Shown piece after piece: positions 18,338 through 27,895 of a DNA stretch of 64,000 bases. The notes beneath the pieces are model-generated. The model saw only the letters and a program-made list of their open reading frames with translations, did not search any database and was not told the DNA's origin. The translations under genes were made by a program, and so were the position numbers. Positions within the stretch are counted from its first letter, which is position 1, and every line of letters begins with the position of its first letter. This DNA comes from an uncultured virus (IMG/VR IMGVR_UViG_3300027541_000229) (taxonomy: Duplodnaviria > Heunggongvirae > Uroviricota > Caudoviricetes): the IMG/VR virus record IMGVR_UViG_3300027541_000229; one strand, 5' to 3'.

Positions 18338-19241
18338 TTTCGTTCATCTGATAATATGTTAGACCCAGATTAATAGTTTCGTCATATAGATCTAGCGTAT
18401 ATTTGCTCTGCGCCGCATCAAGCCAAGGCCAATCGAGACCAAGTTCATGCTTGATTTGTTCTCCTAAATCTTTGATAGCTTCTACGAGACCTTCACCATT
18501 TACTTCTTCATATGGTCGGCCATACTGATTCCATATTCCTCTTAGTATTTCAAAATCTCTAACATCTACATAGTTCCACTGAGTGCAGTTGGTCATCCAT
18601 GTTCCCAATCTAGCTCCATAGACTGCATAGATACCATTTTCTTCATGTGCTCCTACGGTTGACCACATACGGAGTCTATGTATGTTATGCCACCATATCT
18701 GCTGCTTGATTTCCTGTGGAGGAACTTTTACTCCATCGAGCAAGGTCATCTTGACACCTTCACGAAATCCTGCTCGCCAGGCTTGAAAAGGTGAACCTGT
18801 AATAACGCTTTCAGAATACACTCTAGGAAAATTACGATATCCATCTTCCCAACAAAAATCTACCTGTGCTCGTTCGCTTTCTGCGTTTTCATGAGTACGC
18901 ATGTTTAGAACAAAATCTTTACGCCAGATTTTTAAACCACCATTGCCATATCGTAGTCCATTGATAGAGTTCCTTCCGCACCAGCCGTAGACCTGTATCT
19001 TAGGATCATCCATCTTAAGATCGAGATTGAAGAAGTCAGGATTTACGATGTTATCTGCATCTACAGTTATAAACCAATCAGTTTCTGATAACTCTGCTGC
19101 GGCTTTATGTGCATGATCACTGCCTTTCACACCATGTATTCTTTTTGCCCAGGGCACTTTATTACACAAATCTGCATAATGAAGATCTGCATTCGGTTCG
19201 TCATAACTTAGAAACACTACGTCAAACTCAATGACTTTCAT
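18330..19241 (-). CDS. GT-A-like glycosyltransferase
   Basis: FDVVFLSYDEP, GVKG..AH, DxD motif (VDAD) and NGL.YGNGG.K. Confidence 0.65.
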   Translation of the reverse strand: MKVIEFDVVFLSYDEPNADLHYADLCNKVPWAKRIHGVKGSDHAHKAAAELSETDWFITVDADNIVNPDFFNLDLKMDDPKIQVYGWCGRNSINGLRYGNGGLKIWRKDFVLNMRTHENAESERAQVDFCWEDGYRNFPRVYSESVITGSPFQAWRAGFREGVKMTLLDGVKVPPQEIKQQIWWHNIHRLRMWSTVGAHEENGIYAVYGARLGTWMTNCTQWNYVDVRDFEILRGIWNQYGRPYEEVNGEGLVEAIKDLGEQIKHELGLDWPWLDAAQSKYTLDLYDETINLGLTYYQMNENV

Positions 19242-19867
19242 AATATCTCCAATACATAACTCTTAAATATTCTTCTAGTATACACACTGAACTTTTCAGG
19301 AAGATTAATATTTTCAAATATCTTTGCCTGACCTACTAGTTCATCTAATCTCACAGACAGCATCTTGATTAATACATTAGGATCGTTATAATCAGTCAAT
19401 AAGAAATTCATCAATGTGTCTCCGCCCCAATGTACTGAACGCTTTGGTCGTGGTTGGAACTCTTCAGCCTGTATATACGTTCCATTTAAATCTTCAGTCA
19501 ACTCAATCTTTAATGTTTTAGAAGTAGTATCATAGGTAATATAGATATCGGGTATTTCTACACCAGACCATCTTTTATCTATTACTCTATGGACAACATC
19601 GTCTATCTTGAAAACAGATTTCATTTCTGTTATTTCAAGACTATCACCCATCGGATCAACAAAACAAGAATGTATGCTAATAGTACCCTTTAAGATTAAC
19701 TCAGCGATTTCTGTGTCAACAAATACTTTAAACTTCTCATCTGGAAATGCAGACTTAGGCCCAACGCTGATAACTTTGCCAGTATCCTTGTCATAGACTG
19801 CGACATATCTTACTTCAGGAACTTCGTATTCTGAAAGCCATTTATCAAAATCGATCATTTCTTCCAT
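19238..19867 (-). CDS. Hypothetical protein
   Basis: 209-aa ORF overlapping both neighbours. Confidence 0.75.
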   Translation of the reverse strand: MEEMIDFDKWLSEYEVPEVRYVAVYDKDTGKVISVGPKSAFPDEKFKVFVDTEIAELILKGTISIHSCFVDPMGDSLEITEMKSVFKIDDVVHRVIDKRWSGVEIPDIYITYDTTSKTLKIELTEDLNGTYIQAEEFQPRPKRSVHWGGDTLMNFLLTDYNDPNVLIKMLSVRLDELVGQAKIFENINLPEKFSVYTRRIFKSYVLEIL

Positions 19868-20694
19868 GCTATTTCCTCAAGTATATTGATAAGCTCAGGA
19901 GTAATAGTATCCTTTTCAACATAGTGAACTATATCGTGCTGTTGATAGTTTCCTATTTTTAACTGTCCTTTTCTATTAAGATAAAACCCTACATGGTCTG
20001 TTACTGTGTCAGCAGGCCAAGGCCAGTTTTGTACCATCGGTTTCATATGCACTACTCTAGGAAACTCTAGGTCATAGGCGATCTCATCCGCAATATCTAG
20101 TATCTTAGCTGCCAATGAGAAAGCTTCATCTGTTCCTAAAACTTTAGGTTTTAGTTTTGATAGATATACATTTGAAAATTGTAAAGGATTTTTTATGATA
20201 TGTCTACCTAAAGAAAAGAATTCTTTAGCCATCTCACTATCACGTTTAAAAAAAGTATAAAAGCTATAAAGATTTGGCAGTTCGTTTTTTGTAAAAGTTC
20301 TTCTATACTCATCAGAAGTTATTTTTTCACCTCTATAAGTAAACCCTTTATTGGCTACATATAACTCAGTGTTTTCTAAAAAATAATCAATCCAATGACT
20401 GTAATCTCTTAAAAATAACATATCAGCGTCTAGACAAACCGTTGCGTCAAAAGGACTTAATCGATCCATCCAAGAACGCCCATCCCAAAATGTTTCTTCA
20501 TTCCATTCAATAATATGATCAAAAACCCATTTAGATTCGAATCTATCGAGATACATCTTGTCATCGATCACCAGTGCTACTTTATCATACCCTTCTTTTT
20601 GAGTGTTCTTTATACTCAGGGCAAGAGCATATGCCATCTGAGAATAATCTGCTTTATCTGACGTTGACACGATTATAAGATAACCAAAGTTCAT
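19855..20694 (-). CDS. GT8-like (GT-A) glycosyltransferase
   Basis: G.LI....Y..MA..LA.S, SPFD.T..LDAD (DxD) and TD.AFS.A. Confidence 0.65.
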   Translation of the reverse strand: MNFGYLIIVSTSDKADYSQMAYALALSIKNTQKEGYDKVALVIDDKMYLDRFESKWVFDHIIEWNEETFWDGRSWMDRLSPFDATVCLDADMLFLRDYSHWIDYFLENTELYVANKGFTYRGEKITSDEYRRTFTKNELPNLYSFYTFFKRDSEMAKEFFSLGRHIIKNPLQFSNVYLSKLKPKVLGTDEAFSLAAKILDIADEIAYDLEFPRVVHMKPMVQNWPWPADTVTDHVGFYLNRKGQLKIGNYQQHDIVHYVEKDTITPELINILEEIAWKK

Positions 20695-21554
20695 ATCAAC
20701 CTCATAAGATTTTCTGCATTTCTAACTATACTTTTTTTATTCATTACATGCACATCTGTATCTTTTATAGTCGCAGGGCAATAGTTAGCATCTACTTTAC
20801 CGGACAATAAAAAAGTTAGTTTTCCGTTATCATCTACAGAATGTAGTATATCCTTATCTATGGTCGTTAGTACCGGAGGCAATGACATTACCGGTTCCTC
20901 AAAGCCATACAATAAATGATTTGCTACACTAAAGCTGATATCATTTCTGTATTGCCTCGGATCAAATCTAAAAAGATCTCCATAATAAGAATAATGAGTC
21001 CTAACAAAATCTACTGTTTCAAAAAACATTTTTGAGACATCGTCTTTAGTAAACATTACTGTTGTTGCCCAGAACAGTTTTACTCCTGTATCAGAAATGT
21101 AGTTGTCATGATATCCGTTCCTAGAAGGAACAACCATATCATTCATAGAATCAGAAACTAATATAGATTCGTCTACATCCCAATATTCAGACAATCTATC
21201 AGAAAAAATTAAAAAATCGCTGTCTATTAATAATGTTCTATCGTAGGGAGTTAGATCCCAAGCACTTGCTCTGTTAGCATTAACAAACGGAACTAATACA
21301 TCAGAAAATTTTCCATCATGTAATCGACGTTGATTATCAGTTAAAGGTTTTTCAACGATAATAAACGCTTCAAAGACTTCTTTGGCTTTTTCTACTATTT
21401 CCGATTTTGCCATCCATTCTAATGTAGAAGCATCTGTCACTAGTGTTGCAGGAACATTAAGATGTTTACGTGCTAGACCCCCGGCTATCACTGCCATAAG
21501 GGCATAGTCTATTTCTCTATTGTTATGAGCAAATATTAGAATACCGTTGGTCAT
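20691..21554 (-). CDS. GT8-like (GT-A) glycosyltransferase
   Basis: GILIFA.N...DY..MA, TPYDRTLLIDSD (DxD) and RND..FS.A; paralog of the downstream neighbour. Confidence 0.65.
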   Translation of the reverse strand: MTNGILIFAHNNREIDYALMAVIAGGLARKHLNVPATLVTDASTLEWMAKSEIVEKAKEVFEAFIIVEKPLTDNQRRLHDGKFSDVLVPFVNANRASAWDLTPYDRTLLIDSDFLIFSDRLSEYWDVDESILVSDSMNDMVVPSRNGYHDNYISDTGVKLFWATTVMFTKDDVSKMFFETVDFVRTHYSYYGDLFRFDPRQYRNDISFSVANHLLYGFEEPVMSLPPVLTTIDKDILHSVDDNGKLTFLLSGKVDANYCPATIKDTDVHVMNKKSIVRNAENLMRLI

Positions 21555-21901
21555 AGGTCTAATAACTTTTCTACAGATCTACTCTTTCTAAGATTTTGAT
21601 ATTGCTCGTGATATTCGTAGACCGATGTGAAATATCTATCTAATATTTCATTCATAAAAATATTAAGGTCGGGGATTAAGACAGGATTTCCGTTAGCGTC
21701 GATCAACGGAACATTTTGCGTTCTTTCTTGGTCGATCAAAAACTTAACAAATGCTATGAGTGTTTGATCAATCTTAAAGATTCCACCAGATGCGCCATAG
21801 GTGAGTTTGGCTTCGATCTTTTCTTTGAGGGTTTTTCTTTGGATAGAAAAGCTCTGACGATAGTTCGAAAAGTCAAGAGCCTGCTTGAGTTGTTCTTCCA
21901 T
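21551..21901 (-). CDS. Hypothetical protein
   Basis: 116-aa ORF with AGGAG RBS; first gene of the minus-strand enzyme operon. Confidence 0.75.
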   Translation of the reverse strand: MEEQLKQALDFSNYRQSFSIQRKTLKEKIEAKLTYGASGGIFKIDQTLIAFVKFLIDQERTQNVPLIDANGNPVLIPDLNIFMNEILDRYFTSVYEYHEQYQNLRKSRSVEKLLDL

Positions 21902-21927
21902 TGTTTCTCCTGATTAACATAGCAGTT

Positions 21928-21933
21928 TATTTA
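21928..21933 (-). promoter_or_regulatory. Late-promoter core TAAATA heading the enzyme operon
   Basis: AATAAATA on the - strand in an intergenic gap, inside the loop of a CATAGCA/TGCTATG inverted repeat. Confidence 0.5.
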
Positions 21934-21957
21934 TTATGCTATGATAACCAGGAAAAT

Positions 21958-22911
21958 TTATGTTGTTATAGCGTTGATTGTTATAACTGGAGTCGAAACA
22001 GTGAAGTTACCTGCACCAACAGGAACTAATGTTCCCGAGGCAGCTAGTGTCGAAACGTTTAGACTAAAAGTTCCATCAACAAAGTCAGGACCTCCAGAAT
22101 CGCCTACGTGAGCATCGTTCCAGGTAATCTGAAACTCAATGCTGCTGGCTGTTCCTGAGCTATTGTTGGCTATTCCAGGAGTCCTAGCTGCCAGAATATA
22201 AGAGTTAGAACCATAGGGAGTGCTTGCACTCGCCGAATAGAAGTTGCTAAAAATATTACTGCATCTATAATAGTTTAGATTATCGTTAGGAGATGTTCCA
22301 GTACCGGGCTTGTTTCCGCCCCAAGCGACTGTGCCCACCGAACTTAATAGATTAGTCCAAGATGTATTTTGCGGAATATTTTGACCTCCGCTGCGACTAG
22401 AGGTAAATCTTATTTCTCCGCCAGAGTTGAAGAAGTATCTAGCTTGATCTGCATTGGAAAATGTAACTGTGACTGTACACTGAATACGCACTGACCAAGT
22501 ATTTCCGTATACCCCCGGCCATGTTTGTGTAACCGTGCCAACATTGGTCGTATAAGACTGGCTAGGGGCTATCGTAAACTTATTTGAAACAACGGTGTTA
22601 GCCCACGAATCAAGCTGTGTAACTGGAGAGTCGGTGGCAGCTGGAGTAAATGTAGTGCTGTAACGTATTGTATTTCCTTCAGCCACGACCGCTACTGCAG
22701 GATTGGTTCCTTGTTGATGTTTATAACAGTTTATGATGTCATATCCAAGCTTCATCCAATCGTTGTATGAAACTTTCTGCCCTTCTGCGACAGCAGAACT
22801 GACAACAAACTGACCATACCCAGAGTTACTAGAACCTGTTCCTATTATAGGAACTACTTTGTTTCGGATGCTATTGTAGTCTGCTTGACTGATTTTATCA
22901 TTAACTGCCAT
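21958..22911 (-). CDS. Virion structural protein (tail/baseplate-associated, paralog of next gene)
   Basis: S/T/G/N-rich. Shares DY.SIR.K....GTG....GYGQ and TVTF.NA.Q.RYFFNSGG.IR.TS.R.GG with 22928..23842. Confidence 0.65.
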   Translation of the reverse strand: MAVNDKISQADYNSIRNKVVPIIGTGSSNSGYGQFVVSSAVAEGQKVSYNDWMKLGYDIINCYKHQQGTNPAVAVVAEGNTIRYSTTFTPAATDSPVTQLDSWANTVVSNKFTIAPSQSYTTNVGTVTQTWPGVYGNTWSVRIQCTVTVTFSNADQARYFFNSGGEIRFTSSRSGGQNIPQNTSWTNLLSSVGTVAWGGNKPGTGTSPNDNLNYYRCSNIFSNFYSASASTPYGSNSYILAARTPGIANNSSGTASSIEFQITWNDAHVGDSGGPDFVDGTFSLNVSTLAASGTLVPVGAGNFTVSTPVITINAITT

Positions 22912-22927
22912 GGTAATATTTACTTTA

Positions 22928-23842
22928 TCAGGTAGCGGTAATCGAAGATAGCGAATATGTAGGACTTACGATACTAAATGTTCCTGTAGGAAATAGTGTT
23001 CCAGCAGCTTTGGCTTCCTCTACTGTTAAAGATAGTGTACCATCTACACCATCGCCCGGAGGATTCACATAACCAGTGAGCACGTCAGGATCGACGTATG
23101 CATCAACCCACCTGATTTTGAATATTATCTGTGTGGCAGTTCCGTTGATATTATTAGCAACATCACATTTTGCCTCTACCTGATAATAGCTATTAGAATA
23201 AGGAGCACTAGAAGCTAGATATTTAAACAGCTGATAGTTATTTGTTAAAGTATAATAGCTTAGTTGTTTTGTTTTGTCTGCATCAAAAGCTATCGTTCCT
23301 ACTGAAGAAAGTATGCTAGTCCATGCTGCATTTTGTAGTGTTGCTACACCGCCGGTCCTTGTTGATGTTAAACGTATACTTCCGCCGCTATTGAAAAAAT
23401 ATCTTCCTTGATTTGCATTGGCAAATGTCACTGTTAGCGTTGCTGTTGCCTCAATCGACCATAAACTTGTATAAGTGGCATTGGCTTTGCTAGTTACCGC
23501 GAACTGTCCAAGTCCGACATTGAATCTAGTAAGTGTGGCCTGATCTGCGAGATTATCATAATCAGTATTTGGATTACCTGCACCGTATCTTATTGGATCA
23601 GTCTTCTGTATTTCCACTATAGATGGCATCACACCATCTTGGTGAAACTTGATAGACATGAGATCATATCTTAAGGCATCCCACTGTGCTTTGGTTGCGG
23701 TTTGGCCGCTGGTTACATCAGCACTGTAAACAGTCTGTCCATACCCTTTATCTGCTGATCCGGTGCCTAAAAGAGCTATAATCTTAGCACGAATGCTAGT
23801 ATAGTCTACCGCAGCAATCTGTGATCCAACTGCTCCGCTCAT
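22928..23842 (-). CDS. Virion structural protein (tail/baseplate-associated)
   Basis: Paralog of 21958..22911, located in the tail module. Confidence 0.65.
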   Translation of the reverse strand: MSGAVGSQIAAVDYTSIRAKIIALLGTGSADKGYGQTVYSADVTSGQTATKAQWDALRYDLMSIKFHQDGVMPSIVEIQKTDPIRYGAGNPNTDYDNLADQATLTRFNVGLGQFAVTSKANATYTSLWSIEATATLTVTFANANQGRYFFNSGGSIRLTSTRTGGVATLQNAAWTSILSSVGTIAFDADKTKQLSYYTLTNNYQLFKYLASSAPYSNSYYQVEAKCDVANNINGTATQIIFKIRWVDAYVDPDVLTGYVNPPGDGVDGTLSLTVEEAKAAGTLFPTGTFSIVSPTYSLSSITAT

Positions 23843-25626
23843 TATAACACCAATACTTCAATGATTTTTTCGCCTTCATCATCGCTCGATTCTAAGGCGA
23901 CCCCAAACACTTTTTTATCTCCAAATCTATCTGAAACTGCTACACCATTTGGTCCCGGGCACATGTCATCGCCCTTGGAAACTGGGCCTAACACTCTGCA
24001 AGGTACACGACCTTTTAGTGCGACATAAACACCACCCTCGAGGTCTTTATTCATCATATAGGCTGGGTTTGTACTAATAACACCAATGGCTCTATCCCCA
24101 CCGCTGGCTTGTGTAATCTCTGCATCGCCGCCGATTGTAACTACTGTGCCAGGTGCATATTCTTGGTCTGGCAAATATTTTTCTGCAAGGTCAGCGTAAC
24201 GTGCTGCTGTTGCAGTACCATCAAATAACACAGCTACTAGATTACCGCCGGATGTTCTAGCTGCAATGGTACTTCCTGTTGCTGTTGTTTTTGCTGTTTT
24301 GTAGTTAGGATCAGAATCGATAGCTGTGTCATCGATCTTGATACGATCTGCTTTATCAGCAGTTCCAACAAACTGATTAGCTATGATATTTCCGCTGCTA
24401 TTTCTAACAGGAATCGATGTTTTATCAATACTACTAGGTAACGAAGTGCTAGGAACAAAGTTTGTAAGAGTTGTTGCGTTAGTAGCTGTACCTGTAACGT
24501 TACCAGATACAGTTCCAACAAGATTACCACGTATAGTAGCACCGGTATATCCTATTTCTTTAGTAGAACCATTAACTAAAATAGTCGCGTCAACAGCCGC
24601 TACTGTTCCTGTATGTGTTCCAGTACTATTGCCTGTGACATTTCCTGTTAGATTGCCATGGAAAGTAGTGGCATAAACATCGGACCATCTATACCCAGTA
24701 TTACCGATTGTATAAGCATTATCTGCACCTGGAATCATTCCAGTATTATCAAAGATAGCAACGTCTTCTGCAGAGTTGTTATAGTTGATACGAATAGTTA
24801 CTGGATTTCCATTATTGATACTTTCTAGTAGCGAACTGGTATTACCTTGTACGTTAGTACCAATATGTACATATAGGTCTTTACTGTTACCTACATAGTA
24901 TCCGGCATTCTGAAAAGTAACATCTTGATCAAATGTAATGCTACCTTTTCTAATATATTCTGTCGCTTCAACACCACCTAAGCTAACTGCATTACTAGCG
25001 GTACCCCAGAAATATGCTGTACCGGTTGTAGTAATACCATTAGAGTTAGTATTAACTAAAGTAATGCCTTTCTTGATTAGAGAAAATCCTGTAATCGGAT
25101 TAACATTGTTTAACACAAACTCAGATTCGCTAACGACGGCCATTACTTTGCCGCCTGCAATGATCTTTAATATCGTTTGGTTAGCGTTTGTGTCGTCTTT
25201 GACAACCTGAGAAGTTACTGAGCTTGTTCCTAGTTCTGGACTAGCCTGCGGACCAATCAATACATATTCAGTTCCGGACCATGTGTATAGCTGTTTAGCA
25301 CTAGTATCAAACCAAAACTCGCCTGTTGCTAGTCCGGATGGAGCAGATGATCCGGTTTCAGCACCGCCGGCAACTTTAAACTTGCTACCGTCATAGTACT
25401 TCAGCTTCTTATTTCCGCTGTCATACCATATTTGTCCAGTTAGTGCCTTTGGAGGGGGACTGGTGTTTGAAAAGTTTTCTAGAAGATAAACAAGATTTTC
25501 GTTTTCAATAGCACCGTAACCGGCGTAGTTTTTACCTACGAGATTAAGATCTGTGCTAGTATCTACGGTTCCGTCTTGTACGGTTACTAAAAAAGAACCG
25601 TTAAATTTGTTAATTGTATATGCCAT
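23842..25626 (-). CDS. Tail fibre/spike with C-terminal intramolecular chaperone (peptidase G2/S74-like)
   Basis: Shared baseplate-attachment N-terminus; C-terminal RYADLAEKY..PGTVV..GVIST.P..VAL.GRVP...G.V.KGD. Confidence 0.7.
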   Translation of the reverse strand: MAYTINKFNGSFLVTVQDGTVDTSTDLNLVGKNYAGYGAIENENLVYLLENFSNTSPPPKALTGQIWYDSGNKKLKYYDGSKFKVAGGAETGSSAPSGLATGEFWFDTSAKQLYTWSGTEYVLIGPQASPELGTSSVTSQVVKDDTNANQTILKIIAGGKVMAVVSESEFVLNNVNPITGFSLIKKGITLVNTNSNGITTTGTAYFWGTASNAVSLGGVEATEYIRKGSITFDQDVTFQNAGYYVGNSKDLYVHIGTNVQGNTSSLLESINNGNPVTIRINYNNSAEDVAIFDNTGMIPGADNAYTIGNTGYRWSDVYATTFHGNLTGNVTGNSTGTHTGTVAAVDATILVNGSTKEIGYTGATIRGNLVGTVSGNVTGTATNATTLTNFVPSTSLPSSIDKTSIPVRNSSGNIIANQFVGTADKADRIKIDDTAIDSDPNYKTAKTTATGSTIAARTSGGNLVAVLFDGTATAARYADLAEKYLPDQEYAPGTVVTIGGDAEITQASGGDRAIGVISTNPAYMMNKDLEGGVYVALKGRVPCRVLGPVSKGDDMCPGPNGVAVSDRFGDKKVFGVALESSDDEGEKIIEVLVL

Positions 25627-25657
25627 TGGGCTGCTCCACCTTTATTCGTTATATTTA

Positions 25658-27874
25658 TTAGAGTTTCATTATGTAAAACAATGCTACATAGGGCGGTAAT
25701 GTTTGTACCACAATATCTCCGCTGTTTGCTGTTACTGTTATACTGTGATTGTGATTTCCGTCAGTGCTAAGGCTGTGATTGTGCGGAGCTCCTGTTGGCC
25801 CGCCACCTGCTGTATCAGTTCTGCTTGGAAACCCATAATATCCGTTGTCTCGATCTCCGTCACTAGCGTTTCCAGCGTAAAAGCTAGGATAGATGTATGT
25901 TCCATTTCTATCATATGCCGAGGCTGTACTGCCTCCAAGACCGTAGTCACCGACGATCGCGTAAACGTCTGTAAAGTTATGATAGTGTTCGGGCATCATA
26001 GCAGCACTTAGCGCAGTACTGCCAGTAGAACCACCGTGACTGTGAGCTCCTGCTGCCGATGTTGTACCTGTAAAAGTAAGATTTACATTGTTAGTTGATG
26101 ATGTAGAACCACCTGTAGTACCCATTGTATAAGTGCTTCCTGCACCAACAACAAACTTGTTTCGTAAATCTGGGGTTCCGTTTGTACCATCGCACAAGCC
26201 CCATCCACTAGGTACGGCATTAGATGCTCCATACCATTGCATGATCATACCACGAACAAAAGCTGCTCCCCAAAATGGAGGATTTCCTGTACCTGCGGTC
26301 TGCAATACCTGACCCGGTTGTCCTGGCGGCAGCATCGTTGTGGTGCCTGGTCCAGACTGATATGGCAATGAACCGATTTGGCCGCTATCAAGATTCGTTG
26401 CGTTTATAGCGTGATCAGCTGTAGGAGCATTTCCTGTAATATCACCATGGAAAACTGTACCGTATACATCGGCAGTGTACAAGTCTCCAAACTTTTTATT
26501 AGGTGTTCCTAGCAACCAACCACCATCTGTATCAGGAATAATCGCAGGTAAAGATGCACCCCCTTCGGTAATAGTCACTGCACTAGGAGTTAATCTCAAT
26601 GTAGGATAGCTGCCTGAAATCGTTATGTCTTGTATCGATAGATTAAACTCTGTGTTTGCTTTAATTTTACCAATAGATCCATCAACTAATAGGCTAAAGT
26701 TGGTTGTGCTGCCGTTACCTAGTTTAATGCCCCCAAATCCCTGAACTGACAACTCATTTAGATACCCAACCTTGGTAAGATTTGAGTTGATTATGCCTGT
26801 ATTTAGATCAGTACCGATTAAATTTTCTGCATCAACAGTTACATCAATATTAGCTGAACCGTCAAAGAGGACTCCGTTTATAGTCCTCGCGGTTTGTAAT
26901 CTAGTTGCAGTATAGCTATTACCAGTTAATACTGCACCTCTAAACTCATTGGCTGTAATGATATTAAAATCGCTGATGCCGGTTGATGTAACATCACCAG
27001 TGACGTTACCTGTTAAATCTGCTGTGATTCTGTTTGCAGAAAAGTTTCCTGCGGTATCACGTGCAACAACTTTGCCTATAACATTATTTGGACTAGCATC
27101 TACACCCCAGGTAATATCAGTACTACCATTAAAGTTGCTACCTGTAATATAACTACCTTTCTTTAGTATGCCAGGTGTTGATGCTGTAATAGTTATATCA
27201 GACTGCCCGTCAAAAAATACTCCGTTGATTTTTCTTGGTGTTTCTAATCTTGAAGCTCTGTCGGCAAGACCTACTATATCCCCTTTAAGTTTAACAAACT
27301 CTGCTAGATTGATACCTTTAATGAGATTGTTAAAACCTAAAATACCAACATCAGGTCTAATAGTAAAGGCCGCACCGGATACTATAGCAATAACTTCGCC
27401 CGCTATTAACAGCTCTATTACAGGATGAGGGTTATTATTAGAGTCAAATAATACTGTAGATATGGCTCTGGTCATTGCGCCAAAGCCTTCAACGTTTTCA
27501 GGACCTATTAATGCCCATTCATCGCCGTTGAATACATAAAGTTGATTGATAGGAGTCTTTAACCATAGAGCTCCTGGAGCTGGATTTTCTGGTTCTGTAT
27601 CCTGCACTGACCCGCCAATAGGGTGCCATTCAGTACCATTGTACACATTCATGGTATTATTTGATGTATCAAACCATGTTTGTCCGCTAATAGGTCTCAG
27701 TGGCGGTTTATCATTGGCAAAGTTTTCTAACAGATATAAGAAGTTTTCATTCTGTTGTGTGCCATAGCCAATATAATTTTTACCTACTAGCCCAATGCTA
27801 GTAGTTGTATCTAACGTTCCATCTTGTAGAACAACAAGCTGCTGGCCGTTATATCTGTTAATAATGTAAGACAT
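25658..27874 (-). CDS. Tail fibre with collar domain and HxH-rich tip
   Basis: Shared N-terminus; A.RL.T.R.INGV.FDG repeats; collar GMI..W.G...PSGW.LCDG.NGTPDLR.KF; four HxH motifs; ends PPY.AL.YIMK. Confidence 0.8.
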   Translation of the reverse strand: MSYIINRYNGQQLVVLQDGTLDTTTSIGLVGKNYIGYGTQQNENFLYLLENFANDKPPLRPISGQTWFDTSNNTMNVYNGTEWHPIGGSVQDTEPENPAPGALWLKTPINQLYVFNGDEWALIGPENVEGFGAMTRAISTVLFDSNNNPHPVIELLIAGEVIAIVSGAAFTIRPDVGILGFNNLIKGINLAEFVKLKGDIVGLADRASRLETPRKINGVFFDGQSDITITASTPGILKKGSYITGSNFNGSTDITWGVDASPNNVIGKVVARDTAGNFSANRITADLTGNVTGDVTSTGISDFNIITANEFRGAVLTGNSYTATRLQTARTINGVLFDGSANIDVTVDAENLIGTDLNTGIINSNLTKVGYLNELSVQGFGGIKLGNGSTTNFSLLVDGSIGKIKANTEFNLSIQDITISGSYPTLRLTPSAVTITEGGASLPAIIPDTDGGWLLGTPNKKFGDLYTADVYGTVFHGDITGNAPTADHAINATNLDSGQIGSLPYQSGPGTTTMLPPGQPGQVLQTAGTGNPPFWGAAFVRGMIMQWYGASNAVPSGWGLCDGTNGTPDLRNKFVVGAGSTYTMGTTGGSTSSTNNVNLTFTGTTSAAGAHSHGGSTGSTALSAAMMPEHYHNFTDVYAIVGDYGLGGSTASAYDRNGTYIYPSFYAGNASDGDRDNGYYGFPSRTDTAGGGPTGAPHNHSLSTDGNHNHSITVTANSGDIVVQTLPPYVALFYIMKL

Positions 27875-27895
27875 GTTCTATGCGCTCCGATCTCA

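Noticed and set aside
21918..21943. CATAGCA/TGCTATG inverted repeat as a terminator
   Set aside because: Weak stem, 12-nt AT-rich loop and no U-tract. It surrounds a late-promoter core but does not cover the RBS.
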